Assembly: GCA_044342325.1 (NCBI GenBank)
Contig: JBIIPZ010000015.1
Location: forward strand, 1 to 64,000
Source of the DNA: Terrimicrobiaceae bacterium
GTDB taxonomy: Bacteria; Verrucomicrobiota; Verrucomicrobiia; Chthoniobacterales; Terrimicrobiaceae
Length of the DNA: 64,000 nucleotides
Direction of reading: 5' to 3'
Both the position numbers and the translations under genes were made by a program. Of this stretch, positions 18,889 to 28,190 are shown in pieces. The first letter of the stretch is position 1. Each line of letters opens with the position of its first letter. Under the pieces are notes generated by a model. That model was not told the origin of the DNA and searched no databases. It saw nothing but the letters and a program-made list of their open reading frames with translations.

Positions 18889-20664
18889 TCACGCTGGCTT
18901 CTTCGCCGTGCTCTGAATGTAGAGCTCGCGGAGTTGCTTGAAATCCGCCTCCGCAGGCGACTGGGTCATCATCTCGACGCCACGGTTGTTTTTCGGGAAC
19001 GCGATCACATCGCGGATACTGTCCTCGCCGGCGATGAGCATGACCAAACGATCCAAGCCGAGAGCGATACCGCCGTGCGGTGGCGCGCCGAATTTGAAGG
19101 CCTTGAGAATGTGGCCGAAGAGGAGTTGTTGTTTCTCCTCGTTGACGCCCAGAACGCTGAACATCTTGGATTGGAGGTCGGACTCGTGGATCCGCAGGCT
19201 GCCGCCGCCGATTTCAACGCCGTTGAGAACGACATCGTAGGCCACGGCGCGAATTTTGCCGTATTCGCCGGACTCGAGGAGGGCAAGGTCGTCCGCGCAA
19301 GGACGAGTGAACGGATGGTGCACGGCGTTCCATTTCTGCTCTTCCTCGCTCCAAGCGAGGAGCGGAAAATCAACGACCCAGAGGAAATTGAGGACGGTCG
19401 ATCCTTTGAGGGTATCCAGCATTTCGGCAACGCGCAGGCGCACGCGGCCAAGGGTTTCGCAGGCGGTTTCCCATTTGTCGGCACCGAACAGAATGAGGTC
19501 GCCTTCCTTGATGGCGAGGCGCTCGGTGAGGGCAGCCTTTTCGGCATCGGTGAGGAATTTGACGATCGGAGATTTCCATTCGCCGTTTTCGACTTTGATG
19601 AACGCGAGGCCTTTTGCGCCGGCTTGTTTGGCGAGTTCCGTAAGGTTTTCGATTTGACCCGTGGTGATGCAGGCGAGCCCGGAAGCGTTGATCGCCTTCA
19701 CGACTCCTCCTCCGTCAAGCGCGCCACGGAAGACCTTGAACTGCGTGTCGCGGAAGATGTCGCCGAGGTCGGTGATTTCCATGCCGAAGCGGGTGTCCGG
19801 CTTGTCGCTGCCGAAGCGGTCCATCGCCTCCTTGTAGGTCAGGCGCGGGAAGGGCGTCGGGATTTCGATGCCTTTGGTCTCGCGGAAGACGGCGCTCAGG
19901 ACTTTTTCCATGAGGCCGAGGATGTCGTCCTGCGTGACGAAGGAAGCCTCGACATCCAGCTGTGTGAACTCTGGCTGACGGTCGGCGCGGAGGTCTTCGT
20001 CACGAAAGCAGCGGGCGACTTGGAAATACTTTTCCACACCGGCAACCATGAGGAGTTGCTTGTATTGCTGCGGGGCCTGCGGGAGCGCGTAGAAGGCTCC
20101 CGGCGTGAGGCGGGATGGCACGAGGAAGTCGCGGGCGCCTTCGGGAGTGCTCTTCGAGAGGATCGGCGTTTCAATTTCGAGAAACCCCTCGGAGTCCATC
20201 ACATCGCGCATGGTTTTCACGACGCGGTGGCGGAGGCGCAGGTTGCGGCTCATTTGCTCGCGGCGGAGGTCGAGGTAGCGGTAGGTGAGACGGAGGTCTT
20301 CGTTGGAAACCTTATCGTCGAGCTGAAATGGCAGCACCTCAGCGGCGTTGAGGATATCGAGTGCGGAGGCGACGACTTCAATCGCACCAGTGGCCAACTT
20401 CGCGTTCTCGGTTCCAGCCAGACGGGGAGCGACTTTGCCGGTTACACGAATGACATCCTCACTGCGCAATTCGTGGGATTTTTTCGAAGCCTCGGCGTGT
20501 TCCTCAGGACGAAAAACCACCTGTGTGATCCCCTCGCGGTCGCGGAGGTCGATAAAGATGAGCCCGCCGTGGTCGCGTCGGGAGGCGACCCAACCGCAGA
20601 GTGTGACTTCGTGACCGGAGTGTTCGGAGCGGAGGGAGTTGCAATGATGTGTGCGGTAGGACAT
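18889..20664 (-). CDS. aspS: Aspartate--tRNA ligase
   Basis: YRTH, RRDHGGLIFIDLRD, STPEGARDF, LPQAPQQYKQLLM, FRDEDLRADRQPEFTQ, GAPPHGGIALGLDR. Confidence 0.99.
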   Translation of the reverse strand: MSYRTHHCNSLRSEHSGHEVTLCGWVASRRDHGGLIFIDLRDREGITQVVFRPEEHAEASKKSHELRSEDVIRVTGKVAPRLAGTENAKLATGAIEVVASALDILNAAEVLPFQLDDKVSNEDLRLTYRYLDLRREQMSRNLRLRHRVVKTMRDVMDSEGFLEIETPILSKSTPEGARDFLVPSRLTPGAFYALPQAPQQYKQLLMVAGVEKYFQVARCFRDEDLRADRQPEFTQLDVEASFVTQDDILGLMEKVLSAVFRETKGIEIPTPFPRLTYKEAMDRFGSDKPDTRFGMEITDLGDIFRDTQFKVFRGALDGGGVVKAINASGLACITTGQIENLTELAKQAGAKGLAFIKVENGEWKSPIVKFLTDAEKAALTERLAIKEGDLILFGADKWETACETLGRVRLRVAEMLDTLKGSTVLNFLWVVDFPLLAWSEEEQKWNAVHHPFTRPCADDLALLESGEYGKIRAVAYDVVLNGVEIGGGSLRIHESDLQSKMFSVLGVNEEKQQLLFGHILKAFKFGAPPHGGIALGLDRLVMLIAGEDSIRDVIAFPKNNRGVEMMTQSPAEADFKQLRELYIQSTAKKPA

Positions 20665-20667
20665 GGA

Positions 20668-20702
20668 AGTTTTAAGGGTTAAGTTTGTAAGTTTTAAGTT
20701 TC
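20668..20702. repeat. AT-rich heptamer array (AAGTTTT-type), copy A
   Basis: AGTTTTAAGGGTTAAGTTTGTAAGTTTTAAGTTTC; encodes the HisS C-terminus and stop; 32/35 identical to 24126-24160. Confidence 0.9.
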
Positions 20703-21928
20703 GAAGCCAGCGTGGTGTGATCGAGGGATTCCTCGGTGCGAGTGGAGAGGTGTTTGAGTTTTACGAGCGGCCACTCCTGGCCGACGACGATGGCGTGGCG
20801 GGCACCGAGGCTTTCGGCTTCTTGGAATTGCTTCCCGATTTTGGCGGCTTTGAGGGGGAAATCGGTGGCGAGGCCGAGTTCTCGGCAAGATTGGACGATG
20901 TGGAGCGCCTCGGTGCGGCGGGACTCGTCGGCAATGACAACATAGGCGTCGCACGAAGCGGCGAGTGCGGCTTGGAGTTGGGCGGCAGCGGCAGGCGTTT
21001 CGTCAATGAGGTGGCCGAGCACAACATCTCCCATGCCGAATCCGATGGCAGGCAGGTCCACATGGCCGTCGCTGAGGCCTTTGATGAGCCCATCGTAACG
21101 GCCACCGCCCGCCAAGGCGCGGAGGTTTTTGGAGCGGTCGAAAATTTCAAAGACAACTCCGGTGTAATAGGCGAGGCCGCGCACAATCGAGAGATCGGGC
21201 TGCACAAACCCAGTAAGACCACGCGCAGCGAGGGCCTCGAGCACGAGAGCGAAGGCCTCGGGACTGCCACCGGCGATGAAGGCCTTGAGATCGGCAACGC
21301 TGAGACCTGTCGGAGCCAATTTTGCGTTGAGCTTTTCTTCAGGCTCGCGCTCGAGCTTATCCGCACAGGCCAGAGCGATACGGGAAGCAGCTTCGTCGCA
21401 GCCGCGTGATGTCAAAAAATCCATCCAAGCCTTGCGATCGCTCAGGCGCACCACAAAGTTCTCAGCCGTGAAGCCGAACGCCCGCATGAGATCGATCGCC
21501 AAGGCGACGGTTTCGGCATCCGCCTGAGGAGAACTCTCGCCAATAATGTCGGCGTTGAACTGCAAAAACTCGCGCAGGCGTCCCTTCTGCTGCCGCTCGT
21601 GGCGGAAGAAATTTGACACGCAAAACCACTTCATCGGTTTGCGATAGTGCTTCTCGCGGGCGGCAACCATGCGCGCGAGGGTGGGAGTCATTTCCGGCCT
21701 CAAAGCCACCTCGCGGCCACCGCGATCGGTGAACGAATAAAGCTGCTCAAGAATCTCAGCCCCCTCCTCGTTCTTCTTGCGATAGAGGTCCGTGCTTTCG
21801 AGCACAGGGCCGTCAAATTCCACAAACCCGTAGCGCTTCGCCACCTCGCGCCAGGTCGCCACGATGTGGTTACGTCTGGCGCACTCCTCGGGATAAAAAT
21901 CCCTGAAACCCGGCAAGACCTGCATCAC
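20672..21928 (-). CDS. hisS: Histidine--tRNA ligase
   Basis: PGFRDFYP, LRPEMTP, RHERQQKGRLREF, VRGLAYYTG, GGGRYD, C-terminal anticodon-binding domain. Confidence 0.98.
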   Translation of the reverse strand: MMQVLPGFRDFYPEECARRNHIVATWREVAKRYGFVEFDGPVLESTDLYRKKNEEGAEILEQLYSFTDRGGREVALRPEMTPTLARMVAAREKHYRKPMKWFCVSNFFRHERQQKGRLREFLQFNADIIGESSPQADAETVALAIDLMRAFGFTAENFVVRLSDRKAWMDFLTSRGCDEAASRIALACADKLEREPEEKLNAKLAPTGLSVADLKAFIAGGSPEAFALVLEALAARGLTGFVQPDLSIVRGLAYYTGVVFEIFDRSKNLRALAGGGRYDGLIKGLSDGHVDLPAIGFGMGDVVLGHLIDETPAAAAQLQAALAASCDAYVVIADESRRTEALHIVQSCRELGLATDFPLKAAKIGKQFQEAESLGARHAIVVGQEWPLVKLKHLSTRTEESLDHTTLASKLKTYKLNP

Positions 21929-22009
21929 GCGACGAACCTCCCTTGAACCGAAATCCTAAAAATCATCGCGGGACTCTGCCTGTTTCAACCCCTCCTGCAA
22001 AGCCGCAAA

Positions 22010-22540
22010 TCAATTCCCACGCGCGACCGCAGGATTTCCCGCAAGCACCACATTCGGCCCTGCATCCCTCATTACCACAGCTCCGGCCGCGCAAACCGTA
22101 TTGCGCCGTAGAGTGACTCCAGGCCCAATAAAGGCTCCGGCCGCGATCCAGCACCCGTCTTCGACGACGATGGGCTTGATCACGAGGTCGAAGGTTTCCT
22201 TTTTGAATTGGTGCGACCCCGTGCAAAGAAACGCCCGCTGCGAAATGCACACATTCGAGCTAATGCTCACGCGGTCGAGGCTCAGAATCATCACCTCCTC
22301 GCCGATCCAGACATGATCGCCGATTTCGAGACGCCAAGGGAAATTGATATTCACCTGCGAGCGAATCACGACACCACGCCCGATTTTGGCTCCGAATACT
22401 CGCAGGACCGCACAGCGAAGGCGGGAGGGCTGGGGAAACCATGGCTCGAAAAAAATCGTCCGCGCAAACCACCACAGCACTTCCTTCCAAAAAGGAACGC
22501 CTCGGGAAAATTCAGGATTCTGGTAACGCGAAAGGTCCAC
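22010..22540 (-). CDS. wcaF: WcaF-family polysaccharide acetyltransferase (hexapeptide repeat)
   Basis: LRVFGAKIG, FPWRLEIGDHVWIGE, ISQRAFLCTGSH, GNPA. Confidence 0.88.
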   Translation of the reverse strand: MDLSRYQNPEFSRGVPFWKEVLWWFARTIFFEPWFPQPSRLRCAVLRVFGAKIGRGVVIRSQVNINFPWRLEIGDHVWIGEEVMILSLDRVSISSNVCISQRAFLCTGSHQFKKETFDLVIKPIVVEDGCWIAAGAFIGPGVTLRRNTVCAAGAVVMRDAGPNVVLAGNPAVARGN

Positions 22541-22656
22541 GGAGCATAGATGGGTTCAACGCCAATCAACACCCTCCCCCGACTGCGGGCGATGACAAAA
22601 GCAAAGGCGCTGAAAATTTCCCCTTGACGAAAACCCGAGCCGCCGCCAAATACAAG

Positions 22657-22798
22657 GCATCTTATCGAGAGTGGCAGAGGGACTGGCCCTGTGAAGCCAC
22701 GGCAACCGCTGAAGTGTGATGCGAAAACATCCCACCCAGGACCAGGTGCCAAATCCAGCTCGGCAAGCGTGAAAACGCTGAACCGGGAAAGATGAGAG
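22657..22798 (+). ncRNA. SAM-I (S-box) riboswitch
   Basis: CTTATCGAGAGTGGCAGAGGGACTGGCCCTGTGAAGCCACGGCAACC...GGTGCCAAATCC...AGATGAGAG follows the SAM-I consensus (P1 CTTATC/GATGAG, kink-turn P2, GCAACC, GGTGC). Confidence 0.93.
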
Positions 22799-22865
22799 GG
22801 ATAGTTGCCAATCCGCAGGTGTCCCGTCACTCGTCCACTCTCGTTGAGGAAAGAAAATTCCGAAC

Positions 22866-24140
22866 ATGAGCGAACAACAGACATTCTTTTCGAACCTGAA
22901 ATGCAGGGAGTGCGGTCGACTTTATCCCAAGGAAGCGATTCACATCTGCGAGTTTGATTTCGGCCCCCTTGAAGCCGCCTACGACTACGACCTCATTGCG
23001 AAGCACATTAACCGCGAGGTCATTGCCTCGCGTCCGCAGACGATGTGGCGCTACCGCGAGTTGCTGCCGATCGATGGCGAGCCCACCGTCGGGGCGCAGG
23101 TTGGTTTCACACCGCTCGTCAGGGCCGACCGCCTCGCGAAGCACCTCGGTGTGGAAGAGCTTTATATCAAGAATGACACGGTCAACTACCCCACCCTGTC
23201 ATTCAAAGACCGCGTGGTTTCCGTCGCACTCAGCCGCGCCTGCGAGCTTGGATTCAAAGTCGTCGCCTGCGCCTCCACCGGAAACCTTGCCAACTCGGTG
23301 GCCGCCAATGCCGCAGCCGCCGGCCTCACGAGCTATGTCCTCATCCCCGCGAATCTGGAGAAGAGCAAAATCGTTGGATCGCTTGTTTACGGCACGCAGG
23401 TCATCGGTATCGAAGGCGCCTACGATCAGGTCAATCGCCTATGCTCCGAGATCGCCGGCAAATACGGCTGGGGCTTTGTGAATGTGAACCTCCGACCCTA
23501 CTACGCCGAGGGATCCAAGAGCATGGGCTTCGAAATTGCCGAGCAACTCGGCTGGAAACTCCCACGCCACACCGTCATCCCGATGGCCAGCGGCTCGCTC
23601 CTCACCAAGATCCATAAGGCCTACAAGGAATTTATCAAAATCGGCGTCCTCGACGAGCAACCCTTCTCCGTCCATGGCGCACAGGCCAGCGGATGCTCCC
23701 CGATCTCCGAGGCCAAGAAGAAAAACAGCGACATCGTCAAACCCGTCTCAAAACCGGACACGATTGTGAAATCCCTCGCCATCGGCACTCCGGCAGACGG
23801 CTACTACGCCATCCGCAGCATGAACGAAACCGGTGGCAGTGCCGACGACTGCTCGGATGAGGAAGTGATTCGCGGCATCCGCGACCTCGCCGAATACGCC
23901 GGCATTTTTGCCGAAACTGCTGGAGGCGTCACCGTCGCCTGCGCCCGCAAGCTCGTCGAAAGCGGAAAAATTCCGCGCAACGAGAGCATTGTTCTCTGCA
24001 TCACCGGCCACGGCCTTAAAACCCAGGAAGCCATCCACGGCCACTGCGGCGAACCCCGTGTCATCAACCCGAGCTTGCGCGAATTCGAAGCCCTCATCGC
24101 CAACGATGAGGCGGTCCTGGAGGGGAGTTTTAAGTCTTAA
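22866..24140 (+). CDS. thrC: Threonine-synthase-like PLP enzyme (fold type II)
   Basis: N-terminal CRECG, PTLSFKDR (PLP lysine), ASTGN, PMASGSL, ITGHGLK. The true reaction is uncertain given SAM regulation. Confidence 0.8.
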   Translation: MSEQQTFFSNLKCRECGRLYPKEAIHICEFDFGPLEAAYDYDLIAKHINREVIASRPQTMWRYRELLPIDGEPTVGAQVGFTPLVRADRLAKHLGVEELYIKNDTVNYPTLSFKDRVVSVALSRACELGFKVVACASTGNLANSVAANAAAAGLTSYVLIPANLEKSKIVGSLVYGTQVIGIEGAYDQVNRLCSEIAGKYGWGFVNVNLRPYYAEGSKSMGFEIAEQLGWKLPRHTVIPMASGSLLTKIHKAYKEFIKIGVLDEQPFSVHGAQASGCSPISEAKKKNSDIVKPVSKPDTIVKSLAIGTPADGYYAIRSMNETGGSADDCSDEEVIRGIRDLAEYAGIFAETAGGVTVACARKLVESGKIPRNESIVLCITGHGLKTQEAIHGHCGEPRVINPSLREFEALIANDEAVLEGSFKS

Positions 24141-24240
24141 GTTTGTAAGTTTTAAGATTCACCGACCGAAAAACCGACACCCAAGACAAAAAAATCTCCA
24201 CAACCACCTCAACTTAAAACTTAATCCTTAAAACTTAAAA
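24126..24240. repeat. Heptamer array copy B (24126-24160) and inverted copy C (24211-24240)
   Basis: AGTTTTAAGTCTTAAGTTTGTAAGTTTTAAGATTC ... AACTTAAAACTTAATCCTTAAAACTTAAAA; copy B contains the thrC-like stop codon. Confidence 0.9.
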
Positions 24241-24249
24241 CACCTCACC

Positions 24250-24525
24250 ATGCCCATACAAGTCCGCATCCCAGCCCCGCTCCGCAAGCTCACCAATGAG
24301 CAAGAACTCGTCCCCGCCACCGGCGCGAACATCGGCGAAGTCCTCACAAACCTCAACGCCATCTACCCCGGCCTCTTCGAGCGCATTTGCGACGAGAGCG
24401 GCAATGTTCGCCGCTTCGTGAATATCTTCGTCAACGACGAGGACATCCGCTTCCTGGAAGAAAAAGCCACACCTTTGAAGGAAGGCGACGAGATCAGCAT
24501 CGTTCCTGCCATCGCGGGAGGTTAG
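24250..24525 (+). CDS. MoaD/ThiS/CysO-family ubiquitin-like sulfur carrier
   Basis: VRIPAPLR, RRFVNIFVNDEDIR, C-terminal PAIAGG. Confidence 0.93.
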   Translation: MPIQVRIPAPLRKLTNEQELVPATGANIGEVLTNLNAIYPGLFERICDESGNVRRFVNIFVNDEDIRFLEEKATPLKEGDEISIVPAIAGG

Positions 24526-24540
24526 TCCTTCGTCCCCTCC

Positions 24541-25947
24541 ATGAAATCCGGTCGCGCAGCGTGCTTCGCAACATACCTCGCGCTCGCGGGCCCTCTACTC
24601 GCGAAGTCCGACAGGGCGAACGATCTCTACCTTGAAAACTGCGCCTCCTGCCATGGGACCAATGCCGATGGCGGCATGGGCGGAAGCCTGTCAGACGGTC
24701 TCTGGAAGCATGGCGGCAGCGATGCGGAGATAGCCCGCAGTATTTCCAAAGGCCTGCCGGATCTCGGCATGCCCGCCTTTCAGCAAAGCCTCTCGCCAGA
24801 ACAAATCCGCTCGCTGGTCGTCTTTCTCAGGGAAAAGGAAAAGACCGCCAAAACTCAGGCCTCGCCACCTCCCCAGCCAAAAAAGGGCTCCGTCAAATCC
24901 CAGGAGCACAGCTACAAAGTCGAAACCGTCATTGATAGCGGTCTGAAAACCCCGTGGAGCCTGGCTTTTCTTCCCGATGGACGCCGTCTCGTAACCGAAC
25001 GCCCGGGTGCACTGCGCATCATCGATGCCGATGGAAACCTTCTTCCCGAGCCGGTCGCAGGAACGCCCCGCGCTGTCGAGTTGGGTCAGGGCGGAATGCT
25101 GGATGTCGCCGTATCCCCAGACTTCGCGCGGGATGGATGGATCTACTTGGCTTTTTCAGATCCGCTTGAGGGTGAGAAAATGCGCGCCATGCTCAAGGTC
25201 GTGCGCGGCCGCATTCGCGATCATGCATGGACTGACGAGGAGGTTATTTTTCAGGCAGCGCCGGATTTTTACACGACTGCCGGACAACATTTCGGCACGC
25301 GAATGGTTTTCGATGGAGGGTATCTCTATTTCATCGTCGGCGAGCGCGGCGGGAAAATGGAAGTGCAAGACATCACCCGCCCGAATGGCAAAATATACCG
25401 TGTTTTTCCAGATGGCAGTATCCCTCAGGACAATCCGTTCGCTACGGACAAAAACGCCATTCCCGGCATTTGGAGCTACGGACATCGGAATCCACAGGGC
25501 CTTGCCATCGACCCACGCGACCATGCCATCTACGCCACCGAGCACGGCCCACGCGGCGGCGACGAGTTCAACCTCATTCGCAAAGGTGCAAATTACGGCT
25601 GGCCGGTCATTTCGCACGGCATGAACTACGACGGATCGCCCCTGACCGGGCTTACGGAGAAGGAGGGCATGGAGCAACCACTCGTGCAGTGGACGCCCTC
25701 GATCGCCGCTTGCGGCCTCGCCTGTTACACGGGCGACAAATTTCCCGGCTGGAAATACGACTTCTTTGCCGGCGGACTTCGTGGCGAGCTTCACCGCATT
25801 CGGGTCCAAGATGGAAAAGTCGTTGCCGATGAGATTCTGCTTTCCGGTCTCGGCCGCATCCGCGATGTGCGCACCGGCCCCGATGGTTTCCTTTACATCG
25901 TTCTCAACCAACCCGACCGCATCGTGCGGTTAGTGCCGGCGGAGTGA
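24541..25947 (+). CDS. PQQ-dependent sugar dehydrogenase (YliI/GSDH family) with N-terminal cytochrome c
   Basis: Signal peptide, CASCH heme motif, PWSLAFLPDG, GQGGMLDV, SYGHRNPQG, EHGPRGGDE, RIRDV. Confidence 0.92.
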   Translation: MKSGRAACFATYLALAGPLLAKSDRANDLYLENCASCHGTNADGGMGGSLSDGLWKHGGSDAEIARSISKGLPDLGMPAFQQSLSPEQIRSLVVFLREKEKTAKTQASPPPQPKKGSVKSQEHSYKVETVIDSGLKTPWSLAFLPDGRRLVTERPGALRIIDADGNLLPEPVAGTPRAVELGQGGMLDVAVSPDFARDGWIYLAFSDPLEGEKMRAMLKVVRGRIRDHAWTDEEVIFQAAPDFYTTAGQHFGTRMVFDGGYLYFIVGERGGKMEVQDITRPNGKIYRVFPDGSIPQDNPFATDKNAIPGIWSYGHRNPQGLAIDPRDHAIYATEHGPRGGDEFNLIRKGANYGWPVISHGMNYDGSPLTGLTEKEGMEQPLVQWTPSIAACGLACYTGDKFPGWKYDFFAGGLRGELHRIRVQDGKVVADEILLSGLGRIRDVRTGPDGFLYIVLNQPDRIVRLVPAE

Positions 25948-26606
25948 AAACGCTGCGCGGAGCCTTCACACTCGTGGAGTTGCTCGTTGTCTTGGCCGTA
26001 ATAGCCATTCTTGCAGCGCTCTCGCTGGGGGGCCTCTCAAAACTTGGAGCCTCCTCCGACCGCTCGAAAGCCATTTCCAACATGCGCCAGATCGGGACAG
26101 GCATCACACTTTTTGCCGCTGACAACGACGGCAAACTCCCCGGCCCGCTCTGGCCCGGCCAGATGGCGCAGTTTGACCCTAACGATCCCATCAAAATGTC
26201 CGAAAGACTGCTGGGCGTTCTAGCTCCGTATCTGGGCATTCCTGTTCCCATATCTGCAAAGGTCGAACCCCTCTTTGTCCCTCCAGCCTACCGCAAGGCA
26301 GTAAGAGCATCGTTTCTCAATTCTGCCCGGACCTATGTGCTCAACATGGCGGTGCCTACCGACAACCAGATTCTCCTTCCTTGGGGCAACTGCGTTCCCA
26401 CTCCCCGCCTTCCTCCCCTGAAGCTCGCCGCCATCCCATCTCAAGCGTGGGGATTCTCCGACGCCGATGCCCTCCATCCCCGAGTTGTTGGTGCCCCCTG
26501 GGCGACAAACACACCTTCGAAGCCCGTCCACACGCCCAAGCGTCTGGCTTGGTTTTTCAATGGATCCGTCGCTCCGGTCGATGACACCGCGCTGGCACTA
26601 CCTTAG
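25944..26606 (+). CDS. Prepilin-type N-methylation domain protein
   Basis: GAF-TLVELLVVLAVIAILAAL, SNMRQIG, C-terminal H...AWFFNGSV (H-X9-DG-like). Confidence 0.88.
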   Translation: MKTLRGAFTLVELLVVLAVIAILAALSLGGLSKLGASSDRSKAISNMRQIGTGITLFAADNDGKLPGPLWPGQMAQFDPNDPIKMSERLLGVLAPYLGIPVPISAKVEPLFVPPAYRKAVRASFLNSARTYVLNMAVPTDNQILLPWGNCVPTPRLPPLKLAAIPSQAWGFSDADALHPRVVGAPWATNTPSKPVHTPKRLAWFFNGSVAPVDDTALALP

Positions 26607-26667
26607 ACGCCCCTAAAAAAAGGGTGAAAAATTACTTTTCGGTAGCCATCCTCAAATCCTCACCAAC

Positions 26668-27549
26668 ATGCAAAATTCCGTTTCACGCAAAGGCATCATC
26701 CTCGCCGGAGGATCCGGCACGCGCCTCTATCCGCTCACCATCGCCGTGAGCAAGCAGCTCATGCCTGTGTATGACAAGCCGATGGTTTACTATCCGCTGT
26801 CCGTTCTCATGCTGGCGGGCATTCGCGAGATTCTGCTTATTTCCACGCCGGAGGATTTGCCGCTCTTCCAGCGGTTGCTGGGTGATGGCAGCCAATTCGG
26901 GATCTCATTGAGCTACGCTGCCCAACCGCGTCCGGAGGGGCTTGCACAGGCCTTCCACATCGGTGCGGACTTTGTGGGGAATGCCCCCTCCGCCCTCGTG
27001 TTGGGTGACAATATTTTCTACGGGCAAAACTTCGTCGAAGCCATCGAAGCGGCTGATGCACGCCGCGAAGGAGCAACGATCTTTGGCTACCATGTCGCGG
27101 AGCCGACTGCCTACGGCGTGGTGGAGTTCGCGCCGGATGGACGAGTCCTCTCGATCGAGGAGAAACCTGCCAAGCCGAAGTCCAACTTCGCCGTGCCGGG
27201 CCTCTATTTCTACGACGACCGCGTTGTTTCCCTCGCCCGCGATTTGAAACCCTCCGCGCGAGGCGAACTCGAGATCACCGACCTGAACCGCCTCTACCTC
27301 GAGGAAGGCAAACTCCAAGTCGAACAACTCGGCCGCGGCACAGCTTGGCTCGATACCGGCACGCATGAATCCCTCATGGAAGCCGCCGAATTCGTCAGCG
27401 TCATCGAGCGCCGCCAAGGCTTGAAAATCGCCTGCCTGGAAGAAATCGCCCTGCGCAACAAATGGATCGACCAGGCGGGACTGGAAGCCCAGATCGCTCG
27501 CCTCGGCAAATCGAGCTACGGGGCGTATCTGCGCCGACTCTTGAAATAA
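26668..27549 (+). CDS. rfbA: Glucose-1-phosphate thymidylyltransferase
   Basis: [48 protein letters not shown]. Confidence 0.98.
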   Translation: MQNSVSRKGIILAGGSGTRLYPLTIAVSKQLMPVYDKPMVYYPLSVLMLAGIREILLISTPEDLPLFQRLLGDGSQFGISLSYAAQPRPEGLAQAFHIGADFVGNAPSALVLGDNIFYGQNFVEAIEAADARREGATIFGYHVAEPTAYGVVEFAPDGRVLSIEEKPAKPKSNFAVPGLYFYDDRVVSLARDLKPSARGELEITDLNRLYLEEGKLQVEQLGRGTAWLDTGTHESLMEAAEFVSVIERRQGLKIACLEEIALRNKWIDQAGLEAQIARLGKSSYGAYLRRLLK

Positions 27550-27599
27550 CTGCGCCCAACTTGCGAGCGCGGAGTTTGGGATTATTGTGAGACTACAAA

Positions 27600-28133
27600 A
27601 TGCTTAAGCCTGCGTTCCATGGCGTCCTGTTGGCTCTGTCTCTTGCCGTCCTTTTGACCGGATGCGAGTCGGTTTCCTCCACCGCACAATTTTATCGCCC
27701 CTCCACCGCACGGGTCTTCACTCCGAAGCCGAAGGATTACAGCGTTCCCATTTTCTCGAAACCGCCCGACCGCCCCTACACGGTTATCGGCAGGCTCTCC
27801 TTCACCGCAAACGCCAGTTACGACTTCATGATCCGGGCCATTCAGTATAACGCACGGCTTCATGGGGGAGATGCCGCCATCATGCTGCACGAGGATACCG
27901 AGCAACGGCCCTACAACTACTATGTGCCTGGCTACACATCGTATGTGCCGGTGACCACCTACAGCTTTGGCACGGCAAACTCCAGATATTGCGGACCAGG
28001 TGGCCCCGGCCGCCGCACGGAATACGGCACCAGCACATCCACCACCTACCTTCCAGCCTTCAATCCCGGCTACATGGGCGTGGGAATGCTCACCCTGCGT
28101 TCGATCGACGCATCGATTATCCGCTACAAATAA
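27600..28133 (+). CDS. Putative lipoprotein
   Basis: LAVLLTG-C lipobox; PDRPYTVIG...GGDAAI. Confidence 0.75.
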   Translation: MLKPAFHGVLLALSLAVLLTGCESVSSTAQFYRPSTARVFTPKPKDYSVPIFSKPPDRPYTVIGRLSFTANASYDFMIRAIQYNARLHGGDAAIMLHEDTEQRPYNYYVPGYTSYVPVTTYSFGTANSRYCGPGGPGRRTEYGTSTSTTYLPAFNPGYMGVGMLTLRSIDASIIRYK

Positions 28134-28190
28134 AACCTGCCAATCTTCGGCTCGCAAATGCCCTGCCGGTGAGCGAGGCTGGCCAAAGGG

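Noticed and set aside
18934..20682. 582-aa plus-strand ORF antisense to aspS
   Set aside because: Shadow ORF mirroring a highly conserved, codon-biased gene; no independent motifs.
163..24240. CRISPR interpretation of the short repeat arrays
   Set aside because: Units are 7-9 nt with no 25-45 nt unique spacers, and no cas genes are present.
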